Virus record (IMG/VR): IMGVR_UViG_3300030372_001522
Location: 1 to 37,800 of that record
DNA length: 37,800 bases
Source: a virus
Lineage: Duplodnaviria; Caudoviricetes
Strand: one strand, 5' to 3'
A program made the position numbers and the translations under genes. This document shows positions 16,203-26,153 of the stretch, one piece after another. A model generated the notes under the pieces. The model had not been told where the DNA came from. It searched no databases and was given only the letters and a program-made list of their open reading frames with translations. The stretch's first letter is position 1, and each line of letters begins with the position of its first letter.

Positions 16203-16963
16203 AAGTAAAAAGATATATTGTAACTCCTGATAAACATTTTCCTATGGCTGATATGAAGGCTATTAGTGTGGTTTGTCAGGCTATAGAGATTATAAAACCT
16301 GATGGTTATATAGACTTGGGCGACACAGGAGAATGGCAATCCGTAAGTCATTGGCAGTGGAAAAAAAAGAAAAGACCACCACTAGAATATCAGCTACCTT
16401 TTGTTACTGAAGAAATTGAAGAGGTCAATAAAGGGATGGATATAATTGATTCATCACTTGATAAAGCTGGTGTAAGAGATAGGCATTTTATTGAAGGCAA
16501 CCATGAGGATTGGCTTAATAGATTTGTAGAAGAAAACCCCTACCTAGCTAAAGGTTTTTTAGTAAAAAATGCACTTAGATTGAAAGAGCGTGGTTATAAA
16601 TATCATCCATTAGGTAAAATGTTAAAGATAGGTAAGCTTAATTTTTATCATGGACATCATTATGCAGGTATTCAGCACACAAGAAACCATCTACTTAGAA
16701 TGGGTGGCAATGTTATGTATGGTCATCATCACGACATACAGCAGTCTAGTGTTACTCATATTGATGGTGTTAAGTCTGCATGGTCTATTGGATGCCTTAA
16801 GGATATGAGTGCAGAGGCTAATGTGTGGCTTGGTAATAGGTCACATAATTGGCAACATGCTTTTGCTATAGTTGATTTTTACCATTCTGGATTTTTTACT
16901 GTTCATCTGGTTCAGATTGTAGATGGTAAAACTTCTTTATGGGGAGAGTTAATAAAAGGTTGA
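16199..16963 (+). CDS. Calcineurin-like metallophosphoesterase
   Basis: DKH, LGD, GNHE, HGHH and GHHH motifs; likely start ATG 16199. Confidence 0.88.
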   Translation: MKVKRYIVTPDKHFPMADMKAISVVCQAIEIIKPDGYIDLGDTGEWQSVSHWQWKKKKRPPLEYQLPFVTEEIEEVNKGMDIIDSSLDKAGVRDRHFIEGNHEDWLNRFVEENPYLAKGFLVKNALRLKERGYKYHPLGKMLKIGKLNFYHGHHYAGIQHTRNHLLRMGGNVMYGHHHDIQQSSVTHIDGVKSAWSIGCLKDMSAEANVWLGNRSHNWQHAFAIVDFYHSGFFTVHLVQIVDGKTSLWGELIKG

Positions 16964-16988
16964 TTTATATAAACAAAAGGAGTAACTT
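16960..16988 (+). promoter_or_regulatory. Putative promoter
   Basis: TTGATT-N17-TAACTT, same -10 as the 10929 promoter. Confidence 0.4.
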
Positions 16989-16993
16989 GTAAT

Positions 16994-17131
16994 ATGAAAA
17001 GAGAGACAATAAGAGTAGAATTCCCTGATGATGCAAATACTGAAGAGATAACATTTGTTAGAAATCAGTTATTTAAATTATTAGAAAGGCATTCATGTAC
17101 TCTAAGAAAGGTTGCAGAGCATGAAGAGTGA
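16994..17131 (+). CDS. Small hypothetical protein (45 aa)
   Basis: Manually translated, MKRETIRVEFPDD... Confidence 0.6.
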   Translation: MKRETIRVEFPDDANTEEITFVRNQLFKLLERHSCTLRKVAEHEE

Positions 17132-17390
17132 TGTATATATTGCAACTATATCTTGGGATGGTATTAACGAACTTACTCAAGGGGAGAGGACAATCTATAG
17201 GATAACCTTAGAGGATTTAATTGAAGGCGTACAGCAGTATCTTTATACCTTTGAATCAAGACATCCTTACCTTGAGTGTGCTAGTGTAGAACTAAGAGAT
17301 GGCAGAAATACTATAGAGTCTAAAGATTTAACAGAATCAATAAAAACCATAATAAAAACAAAGGAGAATCAAGATAATGGATCAAAATAA
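17121..17390 (+). CDS. Hypothetical protein
   Basis: ORF track; likely start ATG 17121. Confidence 0.65.
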   Translation: MKSDVYIATISWDGINELTQGERTIYRITLEDLIEGVQQYLYTFESRHPYLECASVELRDGRNTIESKDLTESIKTIIKTKENQDNGSK

Positions 17391-17901
17391 AGATACATTT
17401 AAATTAAACCCAACTGATGCAAATATAGTAGAATTGCTATATCCACAACCAAAAACAGGAACTAATACTTATGGTAATTGGTACTTATATGGGGTAAAAA
17501 AAGATGGTATAGAGACAGGATTTTTTGCGACTGATGCACTTCATAAAAAGTTATCTGTATATGGTCAAGGTGCTAGGGTTAGCATTACTAAAGAAGAGTA
17601 TGCTCCTGGGAAATCTGCTTGGTCAGTTGAGCATCTCGGTGGTACTCCACCTCAAGCTGTTGCATCTACAACTACATCTACATCCGTAGATAATAGAACT
17701 CACGACATACATAAACAAGTATGTCTTAAGTTGGCTGTTGAGTTATTTGGTGTTAAAAAAGGTGCTATGTTAAGTGATACCGATATGGTTACCATAGATA
17801 CAAATATGCAATCACTGCTTTCTATACTGGAAGCTGAAGAAAAAGTTAAACATCTAACTAATTCTGAAGATCCTGTAGTTAGTGGCGACATGCCGTTTTA
17901 A
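17377..17901 (+). CDS. Putative single-stranded DNA-binding protein
   Basis: Beta-rich N-terminus, low-complexity linker, SSB-like C-terminal DMPF. Confidence 0.55.
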   Translation: MDQNKDTFKLNPTDANIVELLYPQPKTGTNTYGNWYLYGVKKDGIETGFFATDALHKKLSVYGQGARVSITKEEYAPGKSAWSVEHLGGTPPQAVASTTTSTSVDNRTHDIHKQVCLKLAVELFGVKKGAMLSDTDMVTIDTNMQSLLSILEAEEKVKHLTNSEDPVVSGDMPF

Positions 17902-17913
17902 TTAGTCCCCTCT

Positions 17914-18276
17914 GTGAAAAAATCATTATCAAAGAAGTTAGATAAAGCGTGGGCAGACAAGGTAAAAGAATATGGAATGTGTGAATATTGTCATAAGACT
18001 AAGCCTCTTAATGCACACCACTTTTACTCAAGGTCTATTAGGTCTGTTCGATGGGATACTGATAATGGTTTTTGTCTCTGCGTTGGATGTCACGTGTTCT
18101 CCTCCAAGTTCTCTGCTCATAAAACTCCTGCCGAGTTTGTTGAATGGGCAATAGAAAAGCGTGGCATCCAATGGTACGAAACAGTAAAAGAGAGGAAGAA
18201 TCAAGTGATTAAATTTACAGATAGTGATTATGAGGAGATTATAACTAAGTTAAACCAAACAGAATTTGATTTTTAG
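17914..18276 (+). CDS. NinG/HNH-like nuclease
   Basis: CEYC...NAHHF.SR...RWD.DN...LCVGCH. Confidence 0.75.
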   Translation: MKKSLSKKLDKAWADKVKEYGMCEYCHKTKPLNAHHFYSRSIRSVRWDTDNGFCLCVGCHVFSSKFSAHKTPAEFVEWAIEKRGIQWYETVKERKNQVIKFTDSDYEEIITKLNQTEFDF

Positions 18277-18284
18277 GAGGACAA

Positions 18285-18509
18285 ATGAAGTTAAGTAAAT
18301 TAAATGCAATGATATATAGCATATATAATAATACAGAGATGGATATAGATGATTTATCTAAATCGGGTTTAAAGAAAAATATAAAAGCTATTAGTAGCAA
18401 AGTAGAGTCTATATTAAAAGAAATACAAAATTTAAAATCTTGCACAATATGTAGTTATGAAGTATGTGATGAGTGTAACGATGAAATGGCTAAACAATAT
18501 GGCGAGTAA
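18285..18509 (+). CDS. Hypothetical protein with C-terminal Cys cluster
   Basis: SD AGGAGG; CTIC...CDEC. Confidence 0.65.
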   Translation: MKLSKLNAMIYSIYNNTEMDIDDLSKSGLKKNIKAISSKVESILKEIQNLKSCTICSYEVCDECNDEMAKQYGE

Positions 18510-18641
18510 TTATTGCCCCTTAATCTTAAACAATAAACTATTAGAAAGGATTCTACTAGGTATTGGATTCACTTTATGGTTAGGATTTACAAATGGATTG
18601 GCGTTCATGGGGCAAAGTATTAAAATAAAAAAGGAGATAAC

Positions 18642-18758
18642 ATGATAGAAATAATGTTAATGTTTGTATTGGCACTTGTAGTCTACAATAGTAATCTGTG
18701 GGAAAGTGGCGAGTGGGATACTAATAAATCTAAATGGGTATATTGGAGGGATAAGTGA
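18642..18758 (+). CDS. Small membrane peptide (38 aa)
   Basis: Manually translated; SD AAGGAG; stop overlaps the next GTG. Confidence 0.5.
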   Translation: MIEIMLMFVLALVVYNSNLWESGEWDTNKSKWVYWRDK

Positions 18759-19075
18759 AAGTACCTGACTTTATGAAATGGGCAGAGTCTATGCAGGAAG
18801 AAGAGAACAGACTTATGCTCGTTAAAGGAGAGGAGTACACAGTCTCTAATGAAGATAAGTTTAAAAACTTTAAAAGCATTGGAGATAGAATGGACTTAAG
18901 AGCAGAGCATGTTGCTTTAATATATTTGTTAAAGCATATGGACTCTATCAGAAACTATGTACTTAATGGAAAAGAAATATCAGAAGAACCTATAATCGGC
19001 AGGATACAGGATGCACGAAACTATTTACTACTACTAGGTGGAATAATTGCCGAAAGAAAAAACACGAAAGCTTGA
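18755..19075 (+). CDS. All-alpha protein resembling nucleotide-modification-associated / MazG-like domains
   Basis: KGEEY...DKFKNF...KHMD...GRIQDARNYLLLL pattern. Confidence 0.5.
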   Translation: MKVPDFMKWAESMQEEENRLMLVKGEEYTVSNEDKFKNFKSIGDRMDLRAEHVALIYLLKHMDSIRNYVLNGKEISEEPIIGRIQDARNYLLLLGGIIAERKNTKA

Positions 19076-19295
19076 TTCTATACAATGGGTTATTGATGCA
19101 CTCGATAGCCCAATCATAGAAAAAAGAAATAGAGAGAATCATAAAACAGATGAAATCAGGGCTGATGAATCATTATTCTGGTGTCCTGAATGTAAAAGAA
19201 AATGGAATATATTTGAGGGCGAAATGTGGAGTAGCCCCGATATGAAACTATGGGATGAAAAGATATGTCTAGATTGCGATTTCCTTGTAAAATAG
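19047..19295 (+). CDS. Zinc-finger hypothetical protein
   Basis: CPEC...CLDC. Confidence 0.6.
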   Translation: MPKEKTRKLDSIQWVIDALDSPIIEKRNRENHKTDEIRADESLFWCPECKRKWNIFEGEMWSSPDMKLWDEKICLDCDFLVK

Positions 19296-19627
19296 AAGAT
19301 GGTAAGTTGGTTCTCTTAAACAGGGCAGAGTTTGATAATACTATTGCTAACCTTTCAGGCGAGTATTATATAGAACTTAAAGAAACAGGAGTTCGCTCTG
19401 CCCAACAGAATAATTATTATTGGAAGATTGTTAATATAATAGCAGAAGATTTAGGTTATACAGATCAAGAAATGCACTCTACAATCAAAGCACATTTTAA
19501 TGTTGAAAGCACTAAAGTATTATCTACTAAGGAGTTTGCTCAGTTTATAGAACGTATAATAAGATGGTGTGCTGTAGATTTAAATATAGTAATACCTGAT
19601 ACTAAAACTCTTCTTCAATCTTCATAG
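19265..19627 (+). CDS. NinB-like protein
   Basis: RSAQQNNYYW and ST..LSTKEF..FIE.I motifs. Confidence 0.7.
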   Translation: MSRLRFPCKIEDGKLVLLNRAEFDNTIANLSGEYYIELKETGVRSAQQNNYYWKIVNIIAEDLGYTDQEMHSTIKAHFNVESTKVLSTKEFAQFIERIIRWCAVDLNIVIPDTKTLLQSS

Positions 19628-20639
19628 ACACATCAAATACATCAGGTGCTACCTGATTCATTTTTAAACTATCTTGAGCAAATCTAGCAAATAAAAAATC
19701 TGATTCACTAGGAGTTCCTGCTGAACCATCTTGGGTAAATATAAATGGTATATGACTTCCGTGAGTAGCGTTCCATAAATCATCTACAACAGAATTATCA
19801 TTAAAACTGCTATAATCATCAGGCATTATATCAGATGAGTTTAAATAACTAAACTTCATGTCGTAAGACATTCTACCGCCATAAAACCCTCTAGCACCAT
19901 TACTTGTGTAATCATGAAATGGTGACTTGCTTTGCTCTGATATATATCTTTTTCCAACGCTTGATAGATTAGAAAATCTTTGACCACCTAATGATTCTTG
20001 CATATTTTGTTTATCAAATATAATACTACGAGTAACATTTAAATCAGGACTTACAGGCATATTATACATCTCACCTATTAATATACACCCTATCTTTAAA
20101 TCATTTGAATCGTCAAAATTACCACTATTACTGCCTTGAAACTGTATTCCCCAATCTGAGCTTCCTGCACTATCAAATGTAACTAATGTATGCCCATCTG
20201 ATTGAGGGGTAACTATGTTACTATTCTGCGTTCCATTTAATACTACAGAAGGTGTTACTACTGTACCACCTGTAAATCCTATTGTCTCTACTTGAGCTTC
20301 TGTTCCATGACCTATACTAAACTTAGCATCCGCACTTGTCATATTATGATTTAGTATTGCAACAAAGTTAGTTACATAACTGCCAAAAGCAAAATCAAAT
20401 CTAGTTATAACTGTGTCTGCCATAGCATCCGTAGAAGCTGAAGTATCAAAAACTGCTTGATTTAAAGGTCGCATATCAATTAAATCCGCTACTTCACTTC
20501 CTGATTTTAATCCTACTTTATTCGCTCCTGTATTAGTTGCTTGTATTTCACATGATTGTGCAATAGTTCTTCCCCTGTTTAGTATATAATTAATTCTATC
20601 TACATAAAATCTTGGTGTCCTAATATTTAAATTTGCCAT
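19602..20639 (-). CDS. Tail tip / minor tail protein
   Basis: 345 aa, last gene of the tail operon; beta-rich; AILNHN motif. Confidence 0.6.
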   Translation of the reverse strand: MANLNIRTPRFYVDRINYILNRGRTIAQSCEIQATNTGANKVGLKSGSEVADLIDMRPLNQAVFDTSASTDAMADTVITRFDFAFGSYVTNFVAILNHNMTSADAKFSIGHGTEAQVETIGFTGGTVVTPSVVLNGTQNSNIVTPQSDGHTLVTFDSAGSSDWGIQFQGSNSGNFDDSNDLKIGCILIGEMYNMPVSPDLNVTRSIIFDKQNMQESLGGQRFSNLSSVGKRYISEQSKSPFHDYTSNGARGFYGGRMSYDMKFSYLNSSDIMPDDYSSFNDNSVVDDLWNATHGSHIPFIFTQDGSAGTPSESDFLFARFAQDSLKMNQVAPDVFDVSMKIEEEF

Positions 20640-20658
20640 TTTGTTAAGTCCTTAACTT

Positions 20659-23496
20659 TTATCCTACTTCTCTACAAATAATTTTTATTTTTCCTAAACT
20701 TTTTTGAATACTAGTTATCATATAGTAGTTATTCCAATTTGATCCAAAAGGTTTAATTTCGTCAATATTAAATTTTATTATATCTCCACTTTCAAGTATA
20801 TATCCTTTTGATGAATTTACAATATCACAAGATATAATTTTTTTAATATCCCCAAATATGTGCATATAGTAATCAGCATACCCATCATTTGGATCTGAAC
20901 CACCTGCTCCAACATCTTCATTTCCTATAGCATCGACATTCATTTCTAAATCAACAGATAATAAATTTTCTTTATTTTTTATTCCCCATTTACTTCTTGG
21001 AGTGGGTTCTGTTGTAGAATCTTGACTAGTTTGAGATAATAACATTTTATCTTCAGCAGGATGTTTTTTATAATTAATTTCCATTTTTGTTATTAAATCT
21101 GACATGGGAGTATGGCTTATCTCAATATTGCTTATATCATTATAATCTAATGTTGTAGCTACATCTGATGATGAGTAACTATTTTTTACTGCCCAATAAC
21201 TACCTTCTCCGTTTGGTCGCCATTTAAAAATAAACCCAAATTCTTTTTGTAATTGTTCGAGTTTATTTTTTAAAGATACTGGTTTTAATGCCCAATATCT
21301 TAAACTCCAATTAGACCTCAATGAATTTACATTTAAATTACTAGACCAATTATAAAGATTACTATCACTTACATCATATCCTGTAAATCTAGCAAGTAAA
21401 TCTCTATGAGCATGTAATCCTTTAGTAATAACTCCGCTTACTGTTGTAGTGTCTATAATAGAACTTTCTAATCCATCATTGCCTAAATAAATATACTTTA
21501 ATTTTTCTAATTCTTTATATGTAGCTTTTGATTTATCTTCGTTGTCAAAATCATTTTCAACTACATAATGTGCTAAAAATTCATTTGTTGTTCCAGTTGC
21601 TCCAAATTGTTGATTATTTTGTATAGTGGTTCTAATTGTTAATGAAGGTAAAGTAAAATTAGCACTTTCATAGTTGCTTAATATATTTCTATTATCATAT
21701 GCTGTGTATCCAGTAAAACTACTTGATGTATCTACAGTACCTGATGAACTAGCATTGTCTGCATTTACAATTTTTGCACTTGCTGAACCAAATAATATAT
21801 TTACATTTTGGAAACTTGTACCTGTAGGTGAGCCAATTATTGAAACATTTGCTTTTATAAGAGTATTTAATTCTGTTATTTTACCATTAATAGATGGGAA
21901 GTTAAATGATGTATTTGCTGTGCCTTGACCACTGTATGCCATTCCTTGTGTGCTACCACTATGTAGTAAAAGCCTATTACTACCACTCTCATGTCCATCT
22001 GAACCTGTAATGCTAACAGGTCTTGTTTTAAAAGACCTCTTCAATGTATTGTCTAACTCAGCTATGCTACAATTACTGTCAAAACTAGAACTGCTATTCT
22101 TAGTTGCTGATGTAAAGTTAGAAGTATTAATAGGTATAAAAGCATCAACATTAGGCTCATAGTGATGAGGGGTAATTGAAGATTCAGCTTTAGTTGATAT
22201 AGTTAATATGTTAGGATCGGCTACCCTAAGTATTGGAGAAGGGTAAACAAGATAATCCATGCTTGTAACTTTATCTCCATATGTATTAGCTGTGTAATTT
22301 CCATAAACAATAGGTATATATTGCTGTGTTGTGTTAGTTTTTTGTTGTGGAAATGTAATAAAATCCCACGGAGTTTTAGATGCTGTTTGAAAATTAATTA
22401 TATTTTTTTCTGTAATTGAAATATCAGTTAATCTGCCATTATAAATTTGAACACATTCATTTATATTGGGGGTTTCATCAGGTTGTGAAAATATTTTAAC
22501 TACTTTATTAATATAATATTTACTACCAAATAATATATCTTCATATAGCTTTTGACCTTTGTATAAAAAATTACTAACAGTAAAAGAAATATTTGAAGAT
22601 TTTGCTTTTGATGTATTTAAATCTATTGTATCTCTTACTGCTCCTGAGCTGTTAATAAATCCATGATAAAATATATCATCGACAGTAGTATCTCTGTATG
22701 CAAGTGGTAAAAAATCTTTATATGTTGCTCCAATAATAGAGCCTGATAAGGCATTATCTGTTAAATCTTGAATGTAATTTTCTCCAGTATTAAATTCAAA
22801 ATATGCTTTTAAATTCCCTGAATTGTTATAATTACCTTTATCTTCATGGAGGCTTAATAAATTACCACTATTATAGGTAGCAGTTCTGTTGCTAGAGTTT
22901 AAAACAATGCTCCATATTGCAAGATTTTTTAAATAAAATTTACCATATGAATCTCCAGTAGTATAGTCTCCTCTTCCTATATAAAATTTACCACCTGAAT
23001 TATAAATAGGTTCTGTAGTTGTTGCTCCTGCTATATCAAGAGAAACTGTTTCTGCAACATTATTAATATATATATTTGTAGCAGATGCGTTATTATTAAA
23101 TGTGCTAGTAATCACTACAAAATACCATGTATTGGGGGATAAAGCTGTGCTACCCCTCCATACAACTCTATCAGGATTAGCTTGACCAGTATTATCTCCT
23201 ATTTGAAAAGTTATTTTATCATTAAAATCTTTTACTACAAAATACCCTGAGTAATTAGAAGAGTGCGAATTAGAGTCAAGTATAAATTCATTACTTCCTG
23301 ATTCAGGGAAGTTAAACCAAAAAGCAACGCTAATATCTGCTGTAACACTTGTAGGTGAACTACTAGTAGTTGTTCCAAAATTTATATAATCATTAGAGCC
23401 ATCAAATGCTAAATAAGACTCTTGATTAAATAATTGAAACAACCAGTTTTCATTAACATTAGATTTACTATAATTATCTGAAATGTTTTCTATCAT
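20659..23496 (-). CDS. Tail tip/hub protein with N-terminal LamG (concanavalin-like) domain
   Basis: FDGSNDYI...WYFVVIT...IYIN...FYIG...LAIW LamG signature; IPIVYG; follows the tape measure. Confidence 0.75.
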   Translation of the reverse strand: MIENISDNYSKSNVNENWLFQLFNQESYLAFDGSNDYINFGTTTSSSPTSVTADISVAFWFNFPESGSNEFILDSNSHSSNYSGYFVVKDFNDKITFQIGDNTGQANPDRVVWRGSTALSPNTWYFVVITSTFNNNASATNIYINNVAETVSLDIAGATTTEPIYNSGGKFYIGRGDYTTGDSYGKFYLKNLAIWSIVLNSSNRTATYNSGNLLSLHEDKGNYNNSGNLKAYFEFNTGENYIQDLTDNALSGSIIGATYKDFLPLAYRDTTVDDIFYHGFINSSGAVRDTIDLNTSKAKSSNISFTVSNFLYKGQKLYEDILFGSKYYINKVVKIFSQPDETPNINECVQIYNGRLTDISITEKNIINFQTASKTPWDFITFPQQKTNTTQQYIPIVYGNYTANTYGDKVTSMDYLVYPSPILRVADPNILTISTKAESSITPHHYEPNVDAFIPINTSNFTSATKNSSSSFDSNCSIAELDNTLKRSFKTRPVSITGSDGHESGSNRLLLHSGSTQGMAYSGQGTANTSFNFPSINGKITELNTLIKANVSIIGSPTGTSFQNVNILFGSASAKIVNADNASSSGTVDTSSSFTGYTAYDNRNILSNYESANFTLPSLTIRTTIQNNQQFGATGTTNEFLAHYVVENDFDNEDKSKATYKELEKLKYIYLGNDGLESSIIDTTTVSGVITKGLHAHRDLLARFTGYDVSDSNLYNWSSNLNVNSLRSNWSLRYWALKPVSLKNKLEQLQKEFGFIFKWRPNGEGSYWAVKNSYSSSDVATTLDYNDISNIEISHTPMSDLITKMEINYKKHPAEDKMLLSQTSQDSTTEPTPRSKWGIKNKENLLSVDLEMNVDAIGNEDVGAGGSDPNDGYADYYMHIFGDIKKIISCDIVNSSKGYILESGDIIKFNIDEIKPFGSNWNNYYMITSIQKSLGKIKIICREVG

Positions 23497-25463
23497 GCAA
23501 GATTCATCCTTTGAGCTTTTTGTATAGCTGGTATAATAGTGTCTACTATTGTTTCATCTACAAGAGGTGCAGATATATTTAATGTAAGAGGGCTTTGTCC
23601 TTGATTTAAAGAATTTAAATTTTCTAAACCTATTGATTGTACTGCACTCCTAGACATTACAAATTCACCTCTTTCAGCTTCTATTAATGTACCACCTTGC
23701 GAATGTCTTTGCCCACCTACTAAACCACCTTGTTCAAATTTTTGTGCTTTCATAGATTCTATGTTGGCTAAACCTTGTGCTATAATAGCTGTTCCACTTG
23801 CAAACCCAAGAACACCGCCTTGCTTAAAGGCTTTGTTTGCACCTGCATACATATCGATATATGCCCCAGCTATTGCTAAGGTTCTAGCTACCCTCGCATC
23901 TTGACCAGTTTGATTAGCTAAATTACCTAAAGCTGTTAGCATTTGCCCCGATGCTTTAACACTTGCTTGAGCATGGGCTGTCTCTATCTCTGCACTTTTA
24001 GTCCTATTTTCATTATAAGCAATAGCAAACTCAGTATTTTCTTTCATTATTCTTCCAAAGTTTGCGTTTGTAACTCCATGTTTCTCTAGTAAATGATTTC
24101 TTTCTGTTGTTATGATGTCTCTTTCTTTTTCAATATCGGTCATGTCTCCTGTTGCATGAGCGTACCTTAAGCTAGACATAGCAAGTTTATGAGTTTGGTC
24201 TAAGGTTATGCCACTTTTTGTATTTAAAGATCCTAACTGATTTTCTAAATTTTTAATTTCTTCAGTTACTTCTTTTGTCCCATCCGCAAATAAATCTAGT
24301 TTATCTATTAATGCACCTACAGCTAGTGTTGCTCCTAATATAGCAAGGTTCTTTTTAGAGATTTTGTTAAATGCTAACATAGCTTTATTCATTAGCATAA
24401 CACCTTTTGTAGCACCTATATATACTGTTCCCATACCTATTATTGCTACACTATATGATTTTATTTCTTCTGTATCAACAGAGTCTACAAATGTCTTTAA
24501 TAGCTTTGCAGATACTAATATAGCAGGTGCTAATACTTGTCCAAATCTCTCTCCTAAATCTCCTACTGAGTTAGATAATTGATTTATAGATCCTGGCAAT
24601 GTGTTTGCAAATGCTTCAGCTTGGTCTTTATACAAAGAGTTAATGTTTTCTGTAGCACTCTCAAATCTTTCTACACTTCCCTGTGTTCCTTCTATAGTTA
24701 TACCATATCTACTCAATGCGTTTGTACTACTAAATACACTTTTAGATACTAAGTCTACAGCACTAGACAATGACATGCCTTTAGCTGTAGCTAAATTCAT
24801 TGATGCTTTAGTTAGTTGTGCTACTGCTTGTTCATTATTTGTATAAGCACCAACCAAAGACATTGCCTGTATAGTTTCTTCATCTCCAAAAGCTGTTACT
24901 TTTTGCTGTTCAGATGCATAATTAAGTAACGCTCTAGACCTCTTACCTATAGCAGTTTCTAGTAATCTTTCTGCTTTTTGCTGTTGCCCATAAACATTTA
25001 CTAATCTTAAAATACTAGCAGAAAATATACCAGCACCAAAACTAGCAAGTAATAACTTTGATCTCAATACAGCAAAAGAGCCACCTAATATCCTAGTCCC
25101 ATGCTCAGTATCTAATATACCTTTTCTTTTTCTTTTTAAATCTCTAATGTAGCCTTTAGTAGTTCTTCTTAGTTGAGCTATAGCTAAGTCATTACCTTTC
25201 AATGCCCTTTTATATTGCTCTAGTGGTACATTTAAATCTCTTAAACTTTTACCTTCTAACTGTAACTGAACTCTAAGTTTTTTAATTGCATTTTTGTGTG
25301 TATTGGTAGATGCAACTTTCTTTTTTTCTACTTGCGTAATAGTTGATTGTGCTTTTATTAATCCCTTAGTGGCTTCATCTAATTTTTTAATAGTTTTTAT
25401 TAAAACATCATCGCCTTTAGCACTAAAATTTATTGTTACTGTTTGCTGTGCTTTATTTGCCAT
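23493..25463 (-). CDS. Tail tape measure protein
   Basis: 656 aa, Ala/Leu-rich helical; C-terminal GGLVGG...HSQGG...AERGEFV motif; follows the chaperone pair. Confidence 0.85.
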   Translation of the reverse strand: MANKAQQTVTINFSAKGDDVLIKTIKKLDEATKGLIKAQSTITQVEKKKVASTNTHKNAIKKLRVQLQLEGKSLRDLNVPLEQYKRALKGNDLAIAQLRRTTKGYIRDLKRKRKGILDTEHGTRILGGSFAVLRSKLLLASFGAGIFSASILRLVNVYGQQQKAERLLETAIGKRSRALLNYASEQQKVTAFGDEETIQAMSLVGAYTNNEQAVAQLTKASMNLATAKGMSLSSAVDLVSKSVFSSTNALSRYGITIEGTQGSVERFESATENINSLYKDQAEAFANTLPGSINQLSNSVGDLGERFGQVLAPAILVSAKLLKTFVDSVDTEEIKSYSVAIIGMGTVYIGATKGVMLMNKAMLAFNKISKKNLAILGATLAVGALIDKLDLFADGTKEVTEEIKNLENQLGSLNTKSGITLDQTHKLAMSSLRYAHATGDMTDIEKERDIITTERNHLLEKHGVTNANFGRIMKENTEFAIAYNENRTKSAEIETAHAQASVKASGQMLTALGNLANQTGQDARVARTLAIAGAYIDMYAGANKAFKQGGVLGFASGTAIIAQGLANIESMKAQKFEQGGLVGGQRHSQGGTLIEAERGEFVMSRSAVQSIGLENLNSLNQGQSPLTLNISAPLVDETIVDTIIPAIQKAQRMNLA

Positions 25464-25899
25464 AATTCATAGCCTCTGATTTCTTTTTCTCTATTGTACT
25501 TTTTATTAAAAAACTTTTTTCTACCCACTTACTAGGTTGCTCTCCATATGTCCCCTTATATGGTGATATTCCGAACTGTTGAGAATATATGTATCTAGAT
25601 ATATCTTTCTGTGCTTGTGAATTTAGCAATACATTTTTACAGGTAAAAAAGGGTAACTGTTTTGTTACTGACTCGGCAACATTAAAACTGCCACCCTCTT
25701 TGTTTCTTTGATGTACTTCTTCTGCTAATATGTCAATAACCGCATACACATCATCTTTTGATGTAAATGTACGAGTCTCATACTTTCCATTAATTTGGAT
25801 AGGAATACGAGCTTTATATGGGTATGTATGATACACACATCCCTCACATTGGTCTGTAACTCGAAGGTTGTACTCTAGTGTGAGGGCTTCTACTCCCCC
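25453..25899 (-). CDS. Tail assembly chaperone, T-like -1 frame extension
   Basis: The -1 frame is open from GGGGGAG (25899-25893) through GVEALTLEYNLRVTDQCEGCVYHTYP into the 127-aa ORF. Confidence 0.7.
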   Translation of the reverse strand, partial: GGVEALTLEYNLRVTDQCEGCVYHTYPYKARIPIQINGKYETRTFTSKDDVYAVIDILAEEVHQRNKEGGSFNVAESVTKQLPFFTCKNVLLNSQAQKDISRYIYSQQFGISPYKGTYGEQPSKWVEKSFLIKSTIEKKKSEAMNYGK

Positions 25900-26153
25900 A
25901 AGCGTTGATAGTCTTGTATTGCAATAGACAATTCATTTTTCTCATCATCATTTAAGGATTTAATGAAATTATCATCTACACCATCAACACCTTTACGAAT
26001 CCATGCTGTTCTAGCCTTAGATAGATTTTTAATTGCTACTAAGTTATCACCATCATACTTCATTTCAGGTACATCATTGCAGAAGTCTATATCATCTACT
26101 GACATTTCTTTTATTTTAACTTCTTTGTCAGTAGCTAGTTTGATGCTCTTCAT
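25890..26153 (-). CDS. Tail assembly chaperone (G-like)
   Basis: 87 aa between tail tube and tape measure; ends TTG GGG GAG TAG. Confidence 0.75.
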   Translation of the reverse strand: MKSIKLATDKEVKIKEMSVDDIDFCNDVPEMKYDGDNLVAIKNLSKARTAWIRKGVDGVDDNFIKSLNDDEKNELSIAIQDYQRLGE

